A stretch of DNA of 63,842 bases, filler included, from Octopus bimaculoides (Eukaryota), in the NCBI RefSeq assembly GCF_001194135.2. It is 9 parts of 8 records of this genome, joined end to end, with 100 filler letters (N's around TTAATTAATTAA, not from the genome) between each part and the next. Parts side by side here need not be neighbours in the genome. Positions count along the whole stretch, not along the records: positions 60,718 to 62,539 come from NC_069004.1; positions 62,640 to 63,842 come from NC_068981.1; 7 more parts are not named here. One strand, written 5' to 3'. This document shows positions 61,709 to 63,842 of this stretch, one piece after another. Position 1 is the first letter of the stretch. Each line of letters starts with the position of its first letter. The notes under the pieces are model-generated. The model worked only from the letters and a program-made list of their open reading frames with translations, did no database searches and was not told the DNA's origin. Position numbers and translations under genes: made by a program.

Positions 61709-62348
61709 AATTGAGTGAGTCAGTCCGTGGAGAGAAAGGTTAGTTAACTACAAATTACTGCATGCATTGGCCATCTTTATGTATGCTCACATCCGGCCTT
61801 GTTGCTCCAGTCGTGACTATCCCGTCTTAATTGAGTGAGTCAGTCCGTGGAGAGAAAGGTTAGTTAACTAAATGCGTTGGCCATCTTTATGTATGCGCAC
61901 TGTTGTTGAGGCTCCATCTGTGACCATCTCGTCTTAACTGGGTGAACCAATGTCGAGAGAGGTTAATTAACTGTAAATTACTGGACGTACGCCCGCGGAA
62001 GGACTTGAACCCCCGACCCTCAAATTACTTATTAGAGTAGCCATAAAAGTCTGATGCCCTACCGACTGAGCTAGCCTATGTTGATGATTTTTACGTACAC
62101 ACACTGCGCAAGCGTGCCATTCGTGACCACCCTGTCTTAGTTGAGTGAATCAGTCTAACTATAAATTACTGTTTGTGTTGGCTATTTCTATGTATGCACA
62201 CTACCCTTGTTGGTCCAATAGTAACCATCCCGTCTCAGTTGAGTCAGTCCATTAAGAGAAAGGCCAGTTAACTATAAGTTGCAGCTTGTGTTGGCTATTC
62301 TTCTGCATGTGCACTGTCTAGTTACTCTAGCCGTGACCATCCCGTCTC
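61709..62348. repeat. Five diverged tandem units of about 100-120 bp, each ending in a GTGACYATCCCGTCT-like motif
   Basis: Units end at about 61828, 61935, 62138, 62236 and 62348. The third unit is about 95 bp longer and contains the tRNA copy. Confidence 0.8.
61990..62076 (-). pseudogene. tRNA-Lys(TTT) copy with an 18-nt intron at the canonical 37/38 position; acceptor stem broken
   Basis: GGCTAGCTCAGTCGGTAGGGCATCAGACTTTTA-[TGGCTACTCTAATAAGTA]-ATTTGAGGGTCGGGGGTTCAAGTCCTTCCGCGGGCG. A and B boxes are intact, but the 5' acceptor strand CATAGGC does not pair with CGCGGGC. Confidence 0.8.
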
Positions 62349-63560
62349 AATGGAGTGAGATTGTCTGTGTCGCGAGAGCCCAAATACTACTTGTCTTGAT
62401 TGTCCTTGATGTTTTGTTGTTGAACAATTCTAGGTCAACCACGTTCGGTAAGATCTATTGTCAAAAGCTTTCCAGTCGTGACTGTCCCGTTTATGTTTTC
62501 TTACAAAGATACCATTCACACACACACACACACACACACNNNNNNNNNNNNNNNNNNNNNNNNNNNNNNNNNNNNNNNNNNNNTTAATTAATTAANNNNN
62601 NNNNNNNNNNNNNNNNNNNNNNNNNNNNNNNNNNNNNNNTCTGCAGGATCAGAGATGATTGGAGCTTCAACAATAACAACAACGATGACAACGACGACTA
62701 CCACCACCACCACCACCACCACAACCACCACCACCACCACCACCCCGTTGTAGACGAAGATGAAACCGACAACTTTTAAGTTGTTTCATTGATACATTGC
62801 AGGCATGTTAAGAGAAGAAGAGGAGGAGAAATAGATAAACATATTCTCGGGGGACGGGGGGTGGTCAGCATTAATTTATGCAGAAAATAATTATCAAAAG
62901 CTCCCAGAGATTTTGATAATTAGTTTTTCCCCTTTACTCGATTTATTTTCTGCCACAACAACAACAACAACAACAAATGATTTTGATTTCTAAATATGTC
63001 AGCCGATAACTCACAGAGTCAGTGAGTGACCTGGGCTGATTCCGAAAAGCCATGATACTCTAACCACACCCTGGGACATTTGAAATGTTATCAAATATAC
63101 CGAATGACAAATAAGTGACATGTAAGACGAATCGTTTCCTCAACACACGCATATTTTCGTTCCGGTTCTCACGCACCTTTCAATAACTTTGCAACACAAT
63201 TCCGCTTCCTTCGAAAAGACAACAAATGGCGCAAAATTCACAGAAAAACAATTACGCTTTTATACCACTTCTATTGGATTGTTGTTGCTGTTGTAGTTGT
63301 TGCTGTTGCAGTTGTTGTTGTTGTTGTTGTTGTTATTGTTGAGCCCTAGGCTAGAATTGAACAAGACTATGATCAAAGACTTTCTAATATGGCAAAATCA
63401 TTCTGTTTTCGAGCATTGTACGCCCGCATTATCCAATTTATATCTTCTTATTATACGAGTATCATAGTTTCAAAATCTCTTAACCGTGACCAGAACGGTA
63501 ATTTGCCACTCTCTTTCTCTCTCTGTATATATATATATAGCACATATATATATATATATA

Positions 63561-63630
63561 CTAGCAGAAATACCCGGCGTTGCCCGGGTTAAAGAGAATA
63601 ATGAAATCTAAAAACGCCGTCTAGACTACG
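63561..63630 (-). mobile_element. Helitron 3' terminus
   Basis: Minus strand: GC-rich hairpin ACCCGG/CCGGGT (63572-63589), a short spacer, then CTAG|T abutting (TA)n. Confidence 0.7.
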
Positions 63631-63842
63631 CATCATCTTTATATATAGAGATGTATATACACACACGCACCCAAACACACGTATATATATGTATATCAAT
63701 ATAAATATATGAAAGTCAATGAAGTTTCGTAAAAGAAGGTGATCATGTACATACTTTCTTGCTGTTGTGATTATAACACCTCATTGTAAACTATGTTCCT
63801 TGTTTTCCCTTGTGGAGCATATACAAATAGGTTTTTTGTTGC

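Overview
Eukaryotic, AT-rich, microsatellite-saturated draft genomic DNA with many N gaps. The SINE families and repeat landscape point to a coleoid cephalopod, most likely Octopus (inference, no search run). There is no sign of prokaryotic features such as rRNA, CRISPR or operons. The only well-supported host gene is the 3' end of a dachsous (ds/DCHS) atypical cadherin on the minus strand. Two exons join in frame (25793-25622 and 24639-22035) and encode the last cadherin repeats, a transmembrane helix and the Ds-specific cytoplasmic motifs. No further cadherin exon was recognised in the 38 kb upstream. The rest is mostly transposon debris: three tRNA-derived SINE families, R4/Dong and RTE LINE fragments, Penelope-like remnants, hAT and Tigger transposase relics, MITEs and a Helitron end. 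The most unusual items are: (i) a Myb/SANT-like ORF with a strong Kozak start that runs directly into a 7.1-kb CpG-dense TTCG/TACG satellite built from alternating-orientation fold-back blocks; (ii) six minimal hammerhead-ribozyme-like motifs, one essentially intact; (iii) an intron-containing tRNA-Lys(TTT) copy inside a small tandem array; (iv) a 60-bp-arm hairpin whose mismatches are almost all transitions. All family assignments are by motif recognition and were not database-verified. Boundaries of degenerate elements are approximate.
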